DNA from: Eledone cirrhosa
Lineage: Eukaryota
Length of the DNA stretch: 64,000 nucleotides
Direction of reading: 5' to 3'
Assembly (NCBI GenBank): GCA_964016885.1
Contig: OZ024764.1
Span: 22,010,001-22,074,000, forward strand
In this document: one piece after another, positions 12,637 through 26,473 of the stretch
How positions within the stretch are numbered: the first letter of the stretch is position 1
Layout of the letters: every line of letters starts with the position of its first letter
Translations under genes and position numbers: made by a program
The notes under the pieces: model-generated
What the model was told of the DNA's origin: nothing
Database searches by the model: none
What the model saw: the letters and a program-made list of their open reading frames with translations, nothing else

Positions 12637-14678
12637 AAGACATGTCAAACATGCGGCCCTTTGCAAGCAAACCTGCGGCCAACACTAAGGTTTTTACAGT
12701 GCGACCATGTTTCATTTTCGTAATATAAAATTAAAAATTTTTTCGATACAATTGTTTTTTTTGTGCAATTTTTGTCAACTATTTTTAACTTCCATTAATC
12801 ACGTGCAGCTCATTAACAGAAAACCTTTCAAAATTTCAAAAGTTTTTGTTTTTGAAATGGTTAGTGCTCCTCCAGCTAAGAGAAAATGGAAATTGAACGA
12901 AGAAGGGCAAGTGTTTCAAGAAAAGTGGGAATTAGAGTATTTTTGCCCAATGGTGAACAGAAAGATACACTGTTTAATTTGCAACAACTACATCTCCACG
13001 CCAAAAGAGTACAATTTAAAAAGACATTATGAAACAAACCCTCGATCTTACGATAAATATGAAGCCCCAATGTGTGTTTCAAGACTCAAGGAATTGAAGT
13101 CTAACTTGACACAGCAATAGACCTGTTTTATGTTAATTCAAGAAGAGGATGTCACTTCTGTTACTGCAAGCTATGAACTCAGTCAAATGATTGCCATGAG
13201 TGGGAAATCTTACAGTGAAGGAGATTTTGTAAAGCAATGCCTTGTAAAAACAGCTGAAATTGTCCAGAGAAGGCAGAGTTATTCAAAGACATTTCATTTA
13301 CCAGGAACACTGTTGCTGAACAGATTAATGAAATGTCAGGTGATCTGAAACAACAGTTAAAGGCTGTATCATCAAGGTTTGAACATGTTTCTATTGCTAT
13401 TGAAGAGACTGTTGACATCATTGGAATAGTACAGCTTGCATTCTTCATCAGGGCCTGTGACAGTGAATTTAATATTTATGAAGAACTGATTGAACTGGTC
13501 CCCATGCATGACACTATAACAAGCCAGGACATCTTTGAGAAGGTCAAACAGTGTCTGCATGGTTTTGATCTGAGTAAACTTGCATGTTTATCTACTGACA
13601 GTCCTGCAAATATGGTTGGTAGACATAATGGTGTTGCTGCCAAGTTACAAACAAAAATAGAAAACTCATATCTAGATTCATCATTTGCACATTTTCACTG
13701 TATTATTCATCAGCAAAATTTATGTTCAAAGATTTTAAAATTGCATCATGTGCTTAGCTTGGTCACAAAGACAGTGAACTAAATCAGAAGCCGTGCTCTC
13801 AACCACCGTCAGTTCAGCCAGTTGTTGGAAGATATGGATAATCAGTTCACCGATGTTCCATTCTACACAGAAGTCTGCTGGTTGACATGTCACAAAGTGC
13901 TGAAAAGATTCTATTTGTTGAAATAATTATGTTTTTGGAGATGAAAGGTCAAAACACAGGTGAAATAAAAGATGAAAGTTGGCTCCAACATCTGGCTTCT
14001 TTTGTGGATATTACTGCACAATTAACTGATCTTAATTTGAAATTACAAGGTAAATACAAACCCATCACTCAGTTGTATGATGACATCAAGTTCTTCATTA
14101 GAAAACTTAGCTTATGGAAGTCTCCGTTGTCAGATGAAAATTTAATACATTTTCTTACGTGCAAAGAGCTGAAAATCACTGCCAATACTGAGTCTGTACT
14201 TAGCTTAACAAAAACTTCTCAGAGAAGAAGGCTGACAGATCAACACTTGTCATTTCTGATTAAAGTTGGAACTGTACAGACATTTCAGCCAGACATACCA
14301 AAAATTGTCAACAGAAAGAAGTGTCAAGCCTCAGGACAAAACACTAAAAATGGTTGAATAGTAGCAAATAAATGTTCAGTTTTCAACTGTTGTTATTTGT
14401 GTACAATGTATTTGTTGCTGTTACAATCTGCAAGTATATGTTGACATGTGAAATTTTAGTTTTTTGTCAAACTACTTCATTACTTTGTATTCATGAATGC
14501 TGCTAAAACATTTGTATGGACATTGTATGTTTCTAAATTTAAGTAACAAATCTTTCTGCAATATATTTTATTAAATGACTAATTAGTTGTCGTGTACATA
14601 ATTAGTTGTAGTGTGCAACCCTCAGACAACACATGTGACCTATTTGGCCCTTGGGGAACCCTCAGTTTGTTATGTCTC
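12637..14678 (+). mobile_element. Decayed hAT (Charlie/SPIN-like, GTF2IRD2-like) DNA transposon
   Basis: CLIC...KEYNLKRHYET, HCIIHQQNLC and LNLKLQG motifs; degenerate TIRs; 8-bp TSD ACCTACA(A/T). Confidence 0.9.
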
Positions 14679-14949
14679 ACCTACATGATAAACACACCCA
14701 ACACAGGCTGTAATGTGGTTGGTCATGTGAAGGACATCTAGCCATAGAAAGCTTGCCCGACAATAGTGTCGGAGAACCCTTCAATCATGACAAAAACATG
14801 ACAACCTTTTCTGTGCATTCAGTAGCAAATGAGACCTTATGTAAATAAGTCTCAGATCCTTGGTCTGTCTGGGAGATCAGTAGCCTCACTTCAGTACTTA
14901 CTTGGTTGAAGTAGACTCATTAAACCCTTGCTAGCAGGGAAATCTGATG

Positions 14950-15500
14950 TTGATGATGTAACCTCAACCTCTTCTTATTAATCCAGTCATTCCAGAAAGG
15001 GTCTTGGGGGCAGAGTCCTCAAACACTCCCTTCAACAGGTCCTGTCAGAAGCAACCCACTCCAACTGATCTGGCTGGATCTCCCAGAGAGACCAGCCAAG
15101 CTCATGGATGTTATGTGACCATCTTGCTCAGGTCTACCCCTGGGTCTCCTGCCGGTTAGTTTAGCCTGTAAAATCTATCCAGTGATTCTTTCCTCAGACA
15201 TTCTAACCACATGGCCATAGTATTGCAGCTGTGATCTCTCAATTAGGAGAAGTAACAGCTCCACCTGGAGTGACTCTCTGATCTCAGAGCTATGCACTTT
15301 ATTGAGAAAAGTTCCTTCAAAGACCCTTCAGAGGAATCCCATATCTGCCACTTGTATTCGCAATCATATTCTTTTGGTCATTACCCAAGATATGTGACCA
15401 TAGGTAAGGGTTGGCACAAAAACCTAATTGAAGACAGCAAGTTTGGCTTTTATGCCTACCTCCCTTCTGATTACTGAATATTGGAGCTGGTGCATTACTG
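14950..15500 (-). mobile_element. RTE LINE 3' fragment
   Basis: Minus strand FVPTLTYGH...SQLQYYGHVVRM...GRRPRGRP. Confidence 0.78.
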
Positions 15501-15504
15501 ATAT

Positions 15505-16002
15505 TTCACTGCCCACACTGCAAAGTGGTTGGGTAGGAGATATGACAAAAAGCACCCAACCCACACTGTAGAGAACACACAGCCAACATTATAAGGTGGT
15601 CATGTGGGTGATATGACAAAAAGAAACCAGCCCACACTGCAAAGAACACACAGTCAACATTATGAGGTGGTCATGTAGGAGATATGACAAAAAGCACCCA
15701 ACCCACACTGTAAAGAACACACAGTCAACATTATAAGGTGGTCATGTAGATGTTACGACAAAAAGCACCCAGCCCACACTGTAAAGTGGTCATGTAGGTG
15801 ACAACAAAAAGAACCCAGTCCACACTATAAAGTGGTCATGTAGGTGTCACGACAAAAAGAACCCAGTCCACACTATAAAGTGGTCTTGTAGGTGTCACAA
15901 CAAAAAGCACCCAGTGCAAACTGTAAAGTGGTCATGTAGGTGTCACAACAAAAAGTACCCAGCCCACACTGTAAAGTGGTCATGTAGCTGTCACAACAAA
16001 AA
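15505..16002 (+). repeat. 48-bp (and longer variant) SINE-derived minisatellite
   Basis: Same unit as 91-478. Confidence 0.9.
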
Positions 16003-16190
16003 GGTTCTTCTCTAAAAATATATAATTATCTTTTATATTAATGTTAATGATAAAGAATAAATAATATAATAAATATACCACCATAGGTGCTGAGGTGGCT
16101 AGCTGCTGGTGTGAACCTCACGAGATGGAATGGCTCTTCCAGCACATCTAGAACAACATGACCCTCTAATATCTAGTATTTGGTAACAAA

Positions 16191-16608
16191 CTAGACCACC
16201 CGGGACCTGTTGGGTCACATTCCCTTAAAACAATTATTTTTAAATCATGTTCACTTAAAAATCATTTTCAAATAGTTAAAATATAGACATATATATATAT
16301 AGACACATATATACACACATTTTATTAAACATCACCACCAGCTCTCTCTCTCTCTCTCTCTCTCTCTCGCTTCCCCTTTCCATCCATCTCCTTCTATCTC
16401 TCCTTTTCAATCCACACTCTCACAACCACTATCTCTTTCTCTCCCTATATTTATGAAGGTACCCAGAAAACCCCGTATCTTCGGAACCTGTGCTCCATTT
16501 TATACAAAACTTGTTTTATTCTTTTCAAAGTATTTCCCCATTATGCAGTGTTTTAGCTGTATTAAATTACGGACAAGACACAATCACAGAGTTTTAGTAG
16601 TATATAGA
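16191..16608 (-). mobile_element. Non-autonomous Helitron-like element
   Basis: Paralog of 666-1066; TC and CTAG termini. Confidence 0.7.
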
Positions 16609-17394
16609 TAATATAGCTTCAAATTAAAGTTAGTAAACGACAGTTTGGAGAAATCTGTAACATTTATTAAACATTGCTCAAGTTTGTCAATTCTATAGCA
16701 CAAGAGTTTGTTAGTTAAAGTGTTTAGTTAGATATTCTACATATAAAGAAGAGAGAATACTTTACCACAAATATTACAGTGGTATAATGATTTTCCCATC
16801 TCTTCTGGAAAATATTCCTATGTTGATGTAAATATTTCTATTGTTCATAATTTTATCAAATGTGATCTTTGTCAATATCCAAATATTTTGAAAACTCCTT
16901 TGTAAATATCCAAAGTTTAATCAGAATGTAAAATCATCTTGTAAATATTCCAGACAGTGAAAAAGGAAAATGTTGTTATTTATCTCAATTCAGAAGAAAT
17001 ATTTCACCATAATTCACCACAGACTAAACAAGTTTATATCACTTGTATGTAACATCTTTCTGTTGTCTTTAAAAGACTCTTTTCTGTCAAGGTCATGTGA
17101 TATTCTGAAATAGTAGAGAAACATTATTAAGATATTTAGAAAATAGAGATACAACAGTGAAAACTTTACTACATCTCTATATTAATAGATATAAACCTTA
17201 CATGGTGACACAAACACTGCAACACTAACTTACAGGAAAACATCTAGTTACTTGATCTAGTTACTTCAATCAGGTGAAGAGATAAACTAGATTGACTTCA
17301 TTCTCATCAGAAAACAGGATAGACAGATGGTTGGGAATATTAACTCCTTTAGTGGAGAAGGACGTACCACTCAACATAGACTAGATACTAGGTG

Positions 17395-17805
17395 TGAGAT
17401 CTAGAGGGACTGACAGATACAAGACTATCTGGAGATAGAAGGGGTGGAGAGTAAAAGATCTCCCTGTTTAACATAACATCTAGAGGGACTGTGAGAGGTA
17501 CAAGACAACCTAGAGAAAAGGGTAGAGACAGTAAAAGATCTCCCTGTTTAATATAAGATCTAGAGGGACTGTGAGAGAGATACAAGACAACCTAGAGAAA
17601 AGGGTAGAGACAGTAAAGAATCTCCCTGTTAAATATGATATATAGGGACTGTGAGAGTGTAATAAGACAATCTAGAGGAAAGGGTAGGGACAGTAAAAGA
17701 TCTCCCTGTTAAATATAAGATCTAGAGGGACTGTGAGAGAGGTACAAGACAATCTAGCAAAAGGGGTAAGGACAGTAAAAGATCTCCCTGTTAAATATAA
17801 ATTCA
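17395..17805 (+). repeat. 82-bp minisatellite (about 5 units) in RTE fragment
   Basis: Same unit as 1853-2510. Confidence 0.9.
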
Positions 17806-17983
17806 GAGATGTTCTACATGATACATATGATAAGGAGGAGGAGATTGATAGCTATGACATAGAAGATATCTGGAAGTTTCTTTCAGGCAGCCTGTTGTGA
17901 ACCACTGATGAGATCTGTAGTTGATGTAAGCTGCCAGCCAGATGAATGTTGCCTTGGTGATGGAATAGTACAGTAGATAGAAG

Positions 17984-18392
17984 CTGACCATACCCAATTA
18001 CACCTCTTAAAGGCAATGACACACGTCCGTGACCTCTGGCGTCACGCAGTAATACAGAGTACCCGACCTCCCATGGGTACGAGCTAAAGCATATAGACAA
18101 TATGCCCCCCCCCCCCCCCCCCCAAGGTCGTCGTGGAGGTGCCACGGCAAAAAAGCACCCAGCCCACACTGTAAAGTGAACGTGTAGGCACCACGAAAAA
18201 GCACCCAGCACTCACTGTAAATGAGGTTGGTGTTAGGAAGGACATCCAGCTTTAGAAATCAAGCCAAATCAGTTCCTGTATGAGCAAGGCATGGTCAGCC
18301 AACCAGACACTGCCCACAACACGACAATCCGTCTAACCAATGCTAGCATGGAAGAACGGACGTAAAACGGTGATGATGATGATGATGATGAT
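17984..18392 (+). mobile_element. Young 5'-truncated RTE/SINE-chimeric insertion
   Basis: TSD GATAGAAG (17976-17983 and 18393-18400); (GAT)n tail; empty sites at 2680, 33225 and 54200. Confidence 0.92.
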
Positions 18393-18872
18393 GATAGAAG
18401 TTGAAATCTAAAACACCTGAAGAGACAGGAGGGGAACAACAATATCAAATAGTTAAAATGGAAGCTAGATATTAGGCTTACAAGTTATTGATTTCTGTTG
18501 TTATTGTTAAAATCTGTTTAATCTGTGATATTTGAGACAATGTACAGGACAATAGAGTTAATATCAATGTCTGACTAGCAACAACAAAAGTTTTCATTTT
18601 ATTGGCAGGTTTAAATTACATAATGCCCAAACCTTTACTAAAAATACAAATATATATCTTACCTGTTAAAGTATAATAAATGAAAGTTTAATGTGAAAAA
18701 CTTTAATTTACACAAAATCTTCAAACACTGCTTCAAAAATGGAAACCTGGTGTTTATGATCCCTGTCATAGGTAAAACCTACAAGGTTATCCCCAGTTTT
18801 AGCAAGGATGATGGATCTACACAATTGTTGTTGTTGTTGTAGTATGATGTAATGAGTTTGATATTGATACAG

Positions 18873-19652
18873 CTAAACTTCTGTATGAATACGCACATGC
18901 TTGGTTAAGTTACCACTTCGAGAGAATGATTTACCACAGATGTCACAGCGATGTGTCATCTCTCCTGTATGAGTACGTTTGTGGTTAGCTAAGCTACTTC
19001 TGTTACCGAATGATTTACCACAGATATCACAGTGATATGATTTCTCTCCTGTATGAATACGTTTGTGAGTAGTTAGGTTATCACTACGAGAGAATGATTT
19101 ACCACAGATATCACAGTGATATGGCTTCTCTCCTGTATGAATACGTTTGTGGGTAGTTAAGGTATTTCTGTGACTGAATGATTTACCACAGATGTCACAG
19201 TGATGTGGCTTCTTTCCTGTATGAATACGTTTGTGAACTCTGACGCTACTACTGTCACTGAATGATTTATCACAGATATCACACTGATATGGCTTCTCTC
19301 CTGTATGAATACGTTTGTGAGTAGTTAGGTGCTGACTACAAGGGAATGATTTACCACAGATATCACAATGATATGGGTTCTCTCCTGTATGAATACGTTT
19401 GTGAGTAGTTAGGTTATTATTTTTAGAGAACGTTTTACCACAGATATCACAGTGATGTGGCTTCTCTCCTGTATGAATACGTCTGTGAGTAGTTAGGTGA
19501 TTACTACGAGAGAATGATTTACCACAGATATCACAGTGGAATGGCTCTTCTCCTGTATGAATACGTTTGTGAGTAGTTAGGTGATTACTATGAGAGAATG
19601 ATTTACCACAGATATCACAGTGGAATGGTGATTTTACTATATTTTTCGACAT
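18873..19652 (-). CDS. C2H2 zinc-finger protein ZF2, 9 fingers
   Basis: 259 aa = 9x28+7; intact ORF. Confidence 0.92.
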   Translation of the reverse strand: MSKNIVKSPFHCDICGKSFSHSNHLTTHKRIHTGEEPFHCDICGKSFSRSNHLTTHRRIHTGEKPHHCDICGKTFSKNNNLTTHKRIHTGENPYHCDICGKSFPCSQHLTTHKRIHTGEKPYQCDICDKSFSDSSSVRVHKRIHTGKKPHHCDICGKSFSHRNTLTTHKRIHTGEKPYHCDICGKSFSRSDNLTTHKRIHTGEKSYHCDICGKSFGNRSSLANHKRTHTGEMTHRCDICGKSFSRSGNLTKHVRIHTEV

Positions 19653-19997
19653 ATCTCCTACTAAAAGATATCAATCACCTCAGCTTCTCACATAATTCAC
19701 AGCTTAATACTGAGAAATTTAGTTATATTACTAAATCACTTCAAAGTGTTGAGTGTTTTCAGAATTATTTGAAAATGATGGTTAGTGTCTTTCATTAGAA
19801 ATGGTTAATGTTGAGGATATGTCTGATGTAACGTGCTCTTTAATGCCAATGTCCTCTGGTATTCTGAAATAATAAAAGAACATTATAAGATACTGAGAAA
19901 CTTGTAATACATCAGTACAAATTTCATATAATATTTCTATATTGATAAATGGACTGTAATAAATACTAAGGCCTTCCTTGGTGAAGAATGTGCTGAC

Positions 19998-20385
19998 TAA
20001 CATAGGTTAGTTATTAGTGGTAGTAGATTAAACTGACTGATAAAAGTAGTTATTAGTGGCAGTAGATTATACTGACTGATAAAAGTAGTTATTAGTGACA
20101 TTAGATTAAACTGACTGATAAAAGTAGTTATTAGTGACATTAGATTAAACTGACTGATAAAAGTAGTTATTAGTGACATTAGATTATACTGACTGATAAA
20201 AGTAGTTATTAGTGACATTAGATTATACTGACTGATAAAAGTAGTTATTAGTGACATTAGATTAAACTGACTGATAAAAGTAGTTATTAGTGACTTTAGA
20301 TTATACTGACTGATAAATGTAATTATTAGTGACATTAGATTAAACTCACTGATAAAAGTAGTTATTAGTGACATTAGATTAACCC
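19998..20385 (+). repeat. 39-bp minisatellite (about 9 units)
   Basis: 13-aa periodicity (MSLITTFISQ(F/Y)NL) in ORF 19997..20374. Confidence 0.92.
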
Positions 20386-20411
20386 TTTAGTATTCACATT
20401 ACTCTATATTA

Positions 20412-20770
20412 TGATGGTTAGTGTCTTTCATTAGAAATGGTTAATGTTGAGGATATGTCTGATGTAACGTGCTCTTTAATGCCAATGTCCTCTGGTATTC
20501 TGAAATAATAAAAGAACATTATAAGATACTCAGAAACTTGTAATACATCAGTACAAATTTCATATAATATTTCTATATTGATAAATGGACTGTAATAAAT
20601 ACTAAGGCCTTCCTTGGTGAAGAATGTGCTGACTAACATAGGTTAGTTATTAGTGGCAGTAGATTAAACTGACTGATAAAAGTAGTTATTAGTGGCAGTA
20701 GATTATACTGACAGATAAAAGTAGTTATTAGTGACTTTAGATTAACCCTTTAGTATTCACATTACTCTAT
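20412..20770 (-). repeat. Local tandem duplicate of the acceptor region
   Basis: Copy of 19777-20410 with fewer 39-bp units. Confidence 0.85.
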
Positions 20771-20964
20771 ATTTACTATTATATTTTCACAGTAAATGCT
20801 TTATCTCTCATAATGTCAAATCTGAGATTTTCATGTTATTTATTTTGAGAACAATACCTTAACATAAGTATAAATGACCAGTTACAGCCAGTTACAGTTA
20901 GGGCCAGTTTGAACAGAAAGGTGTGAGAGAATTCTGGACAGATATGGCCAGTTTATATACTAAA

Positions 20965-21603
20965 GGGTTAAGGAAATTAGGTGTAGAAGAATGGCTTGTT
21001 AGAAGCTGTCAGTAAAGTGTTTTTAGTGAGGAATTGAAGGTACAGGTAGGAGTTCATCATGGTTTAGTTCTTAGCCCACTGTTGTTCATCATAGTTCTCC
21101 AAGCCATAACAGAGACGTTTAAGACTGGCTGTCTATGGAAACTTCTCTATGTAGATGACCAGCTATAGATATAGAATTTGAAATGGTAAGTTCTGAGAAT
21201 ATACTTAGCCAAAACTAAAGTGGTAATGGATAGGAGAGAAGACCCTGACACCTTCAGGAAAGTAGCCCTGCTCCATATGTAGAAAAGGAATAAGTAGAGA
21301 TAACCACAATGACAGAGACCTAGTTATAATAGCAGGGGACTTCAATGGTCATGTTGGACAGCTCCAGGATGGATACACTAGGGTACATGGTGGTTATGGT
21401 TATGGCTCATGAAACGAAGAAGGAGTGAGGCTTCTTGTATTTTGTGATGCAAGTGAACTAACCATTTGCAACACTTCAAGAAACCTACCAACCACCTAAT
21501 AACCTACCAATCAGGTGTGCACATGAGACAGATTGTCTTCTTGCTAGTTAGGGAGTAAGACAGATAGATGGTGTCAAATACTAAGGCACACCCCAGGGAA
21601 CAA
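20965..21603 (+). mobile_element. RTE LINE fragment (paralog of 4550-5188)
   Basis: AGDFNGHVG motif; truncated by a deletion at CCCAGGGAACAA. Confidence 0.8.
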
Positions 21604-21631
21604 AGTAACAGGAAACGACTAGATTTGTAGA

Positions 21632-24379
21632 TAAAGGATGATACAATGAAAGATAAATTCCTTCAATGTTGCAATATTAAAGAAAATGTAAAGGAAGGGG
21701 TGGACAACGGAGCCAACACCAGAGCAAAAGACAGCAACGAGGGGTACTGGGAAACCTCTCTAATGAGTATTGAGGCAAGCCAGCACACTGACAGTGTTAC
21801 CTCGGGTGATGGCGGGGCTGAAGTGCTGGAACAGCTAAGCGACCTCGCGATTTCGCCAGTTACCTCTACAAGGCGAGCCGCCAGTGAGGAAAGGAACCTC
21901 GCAGTCAGCGGCCCGACTCCCCCAAACGTCTCGAAAGCCACAGGCTGAAGAATGTAGCTGGTCGACAGATCAGAGTATTTGAGGGTCTTACTCCGCTCGG
22001 CTGCCGAAGCTGTGGCTCTCGTCCTTACCGCAGCATCAAGGATGTGGGAAAGAGCAAAGGAGTCACTAACAGTGTCGTGCCAGATTAGGCACCTGCCTCT
22101 CGACCAGGGGCACAGGGTAAGGCCGTCAGGTCTTTTGCCGTCACTTCTGGACAACCCAGATGGTTCCAAGACCGAGGGGATGTTTGCCCGGGCCAAAGCT
22201 CTCTTCAGAATAAAGTTTAGCTCCGTGTGACGGGCGAAGTGGCCGGCATTCAGGCAGCAAGAAAGACCGTGGGGGCCTGTGGAGTCGAGGAGTTAGCCAC
22301 ATCTCAAACCCATGCAGACGTCAGCTCCCACTCTGAGGGTGATGGAGACACGAAGTTCATCCAGGCTGAGTAGGCCTCCAACGTTGGCCACGGGTAAGGC
22401 ATCGACCCAGTCACTGGAGTATTTGGCACTGGCAGATGGTAAGCGGCACCTTGTAAACTGATCTGAGAGGACAAAGAGGGAGACGAAGGTGGCATTCCAA
22501 CGTATCCTGTCCCAAGTTCTCTGACTTCGACTGTCCTCCACCTTCTCAGGAAGAGACAAGCCCAACTCACTCCATTGCTGGAGAGCTTCACACAACTCCC
22601 TGTTGGAACTAGTCCATGTTGGAGAGGAGAGGATGCTGCAAGCTTGGGTGGAGGAAAGGAAGCAGGGGAGAGAGAGGGACGAACACTTACTAACATTGAC
22701 CAGACACTCGAGTCTCTCGAAGATTAGGTCGTCGAAGCGTTGGAGGCAGGATGGAAATCTGTGAGAGGGGCTGACCCTGAGCAGATACAGAAGCTTAGGA
22801 ATAGACAGGTAGTTCCTGAGTAAGAAGAAACCTTGATGGGGTTCGATATCTTCAATATTCCTCAGCAGCTGCTCAAGGCCAACCATCTTCGATTGGATGG
22901 TTGACTCGAAGGCCAGGTCTGTGATCGGGGCTCCTAAGGAGCTTTGATTTGGAGAAGCCCCGGGGGGCTGTGGCAAAGTCGTCGGTAGAGTGTTGGTCAT
23001 CCCCACGGAATAGTCAGAGCTGAAGTGGCACCGATGACAGGTTCAGTGTTGAAGCCTTTCGGCTTGAGCTTTGGTGATGCTGACACAGCTTCTGTGGTAG
23101 CTTGCGTGGCATAGGTGACATTTAATTGTCTTTAAGTACTGGTTAGTGCGGGCACAGAGGGCGCAATCAGGTGGCGGGCTGGCAACAGCCGGCAGTAGAA
23201 GGCCAGCGTTGGAATTCGGTGAAGGGAGTGAGTCAGTAAAGGAGACAACAGTGGTTCTAACGATGGGACTAAAGCGGGGGTTGGGTAGTGAGCTAACAGT
23301 TATAGGGGTGGTGTGGTTGGCCGGGTTGGATTCGTTCGGAATCTGCCGTGAAGGAGAGGAGGGGTAGGTGGGGTCAAGTTAGCTCCTCTCGTGCTTGCTG
23401 CAGTTGGTGGAGAATGAGAGGTCGGAGGCTAACCGGTTGTCACATAGTCGTTCCACCAAGCAGGTCTCTTGGTCGTTCGACGCATGCCACCGCCACCTGG
23501 ACTAGGTTAAAGTGGTGGCAACTTTAGCAATCGGCAATCGCCGGTAATAGTTCGGTCGAAACATCGGGCCACCGGCGGGTTGAACGAATACCTAGGTGGG
23601 CTGTGCGCGAGGAGGAAGTAAGGGTTGAGCAAGGGGAGGGATGGAAGGTGGAGAAGGAGTGAGAAGATGATGAGTGCGTGGAGAGGAGTGTGGTCATGTG
23701 AGAGGCAGGTAAATACAGTGGGAGAGAAAGAGCACTGAACATGCAAAGAGAAGGAAAATAAAAACGCTAGAAATACAAAATCTAAGGCTGTGAGTTTGTG
23801 TAATAGTTCGCATGGGTAAATCCGCAGTAAAAACCGAAATTGTGAGTTTGTGTAAAAAAGAAAAAAAAAAAAAAACATGGGCAAGACTTAAGTAAAATCA
23901 AAACCTGAATGATAGTGATACAAGATGTTTACAATTACGGAGTGATTACATTACTGGACCTGAATTCTATCAAGTGGTCAAAGCTTCTAATTCTGTGAAA
24001 TAGAATGGAAGTATGGATTGACCTTTCAGTCACACCTGACTATAAATAGATTCAGGCTATTTCAAGAGGGAGATGGGATGGTTCCTCGCCATTTATAATT
24101 ATTTATATTTTATATTTGGGGGGTTTGATTTTGAAAAATTGTAAGTGTATGTTAAGGAGGAAAGTATAATTGTGTGATACAATTGCTCCAGGTTGGTTCC
24201 CTACGTTGTTGCCACAAACAATTCTTTTTTCCTCCGAACATCTGTTATTCCTCTCCGTAGATTATAAATGGTAAAATCCGTTCGATCCAACCGAATGGAA
24301 AATCCAGTTCCTTGAAGAATATTTTGAGTTGTCTCGGACAAAGCAAAAAAAGGGGAAAGTTGAAAATGTTTACCTCGTT
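21632..24379 (-). mobile_element. CRE-like non-LTR retrotransposon with restriction-like endonuclease, RT internally deleted
   Basis: KRPDG...W...AAERSKTLKY...PVAFETFG (RLE); upstream C..C..H..C knuckle; LGAPI motif joined to N-terminal sequence; the 5' boundary is approximate. Confidence 0.78.
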
Positions 24380-24833
24380 TGGTGGTGAATTGCCATCTCC
24401 CACTGTGTTTTTCTTTCCTTTATCATTATTGTTCAATAAATTATATTATTATACACAGTTTAGACAATATATTTGTAATGTCTTTCTCAAGGAATTGCCA
24501 GCAAGTTATAATGTTATTTACACACTTATGTTATTTATGTATATATTTAAAACATATTTACAACGTTACTCTACTGTAAATTTATACAATTGTAATAAAA
24601 TATATTAATTATATCATCACATAATATAAAAACGACCTTTAGAATATTTAAATATTTAGTTTTGTTAATTTATTTTTCAGCAACAACAAAAGTTTTCACT
24701 TTAATTAATTAGAGGTAGGTAAAATATAGATAATTACGATAACATTTTATATTTCCAGTAATGAAACAAACAAGAAAATATATATTTGTGATGTGAAAAG
24801 TGAGCTTAAATCTACAATATTAATAGACATAAT

Positions 24834-24980
24834 ACTTACATTATAGTCTCAGGTGTTTAGTATTTACAGAAATGTTGTCTAAATGATGTTGTAGGAAGAC
24901 TGACACGTGGACAGGAAGTCGACAACTGCACCACTGCGCATGCTTCAATGTCAAAGGTCAAGTTTTTTTGTGACGTAAAA
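24834..24980 (-). promoter_or_regulatory. Putative promoter and exon 1 of ZF2
   Basis: Paralog of 10253-10390 with the same motifs; donor at 24834-24839. Confidence 0.65.
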
Positions 24981-25069
24981 AATATTTTTACCGAATTAAA
25001 TTATGTAAAGTTTGTAATAAAAAAAAATAACGTTGAAAACAGTAAATGTAATTAAAATAGGACAGCTAA

Positions 25070-25810
25070 GTACTCTTACAGAGATCACCGGGTATCTCGG
25101 TAAAATCGGGTCATATGGGGGCTAAGTTGCCAGAACAGCTAAGTACCCTCACAAGAGTCATCGGGTACTTCGGTAAAGCCAGCCGCCAACAGTGACCACA
25201 ACTTCGTTGTCAGCAGCCCAGCTTCTCAAACATCACAGACTGGAATAAATACTTTGCTGATCATTACTGGTAGTTTAGCTTTTATTTCGTTCGTCTACAG
25301 AAGCAGTGACCCTCACTTTTACTACAGCATGTAGGATGTGGGAGGGAGACGAAAACATCACTAACTGGGGTCTCACAAATGTGACAGTTAGTTTTGAAAA
25401 TACATATACAAGATACAAGATAAATGACTAGACTGAAATATATTTGATAGGGAATAAAGAGTAGAATATTCTAGTCTGTGGTGTTGGAGAAGTTTGGAGG
25501 AGATAGGTCCCTGACAACGAGGTTCTTGTTATCGTCGGCAGCTCTCCTTACCGAGGTGTCTGGTGATACATATGAGGGTGTTTGGTAGTTCCAACATCTT
25601 AGCCTTGCTATCACTCGAGGTAAGACTGTCTCAGAAAGTATTAGAGGGAAACTCCGGCACCCCTTGTGATGTGAGACTGATTGACAGAGTGTTGACTTAA
25701 TATTTTCATTTGTTGTGATTCTATGTGAAATATATCTCTATGTAAGTAACTTGGTTACGTGAATCATTGTGAATCTCGTAAATACTTAAACAGAAATCTA
25801 CTTAGGACAC
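25070..25810. mobile_element. Two CRE-like fragments (paralogs of 10463-11290)
   Basis: Direct similarity to unit 1. Confidence 0.65.
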
Positions 25811-26033
25811 AAAATAAAGTAGATTCCATTGTACAAAGTATCTAAAGATCGTATATCAGAAACAAGAGGGGATGTAACGAGAGTTGTCTCCCCTTACATA
25901 TGTTTTATGTTTGACAGTAGTAGAGGTTTAGATGTGTTTGTCTGTCTCTCTCTCGGTATAAACTACCATTTGCACTGCCTCTGTTTTTTGTCCCTGTCTA
26001 ATATTTAACTATATATATATATATATCCATAGA

Positions 26034-26473
26034 GGGCTGGTGGCTAGCAGGGGCGATGACACCCTTGGAGAGTCGCTGGACATGGAAGAGGACGAACTGG
26101 CCAGCCTTTTCGGTAGGACTTTCTGCCCGGGACCAATGGACAACTTCCAGAAGTCACTAGCCTGGCAGTGCTACCGGGGGGCTCTACCCGTTCGAGAGAG
26201 GCTCTACAGACACGGGCGCCCGGGCAGGGATCCCTCGAAAAAGATTTGCCCTAGATGCGTGCGTCACGAAGAAACCGTTGCGCACGCATTGGTGCAATGT
26301 CTGGGCATGTCTGATCTGTGGGGCTACGCCGAACGACTGCTGTCGGGGGTGGCGCCGATTCGATTGACCGCCGAGTCCGTGATGACAATCAAGCCGCCTC
26401 CCCTCTTCACAAAGAAAGCAAAGGCGGTTTTTCTGTGCGTAAGAGCCATGTTGAAAGAGGTTGTTTGGTGGTC
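26034..26473 (+). mobile_element. L1/Tx1-type ORF2 C-terminal (zf-RVT) fragment
   Basis: LAWQCYRGALPVRERL...CPRC...ETVAHALVQC; GC-rich; present only in this unit. Confidence 0.8.

Noticed and set aside
12707-14357. Domesticated GTF2IRD2/EPM2AIP1-like gene
   Set aside because: Multiple stops and frameshifts, with TIRs and a TSD present; a dead hAT transposon
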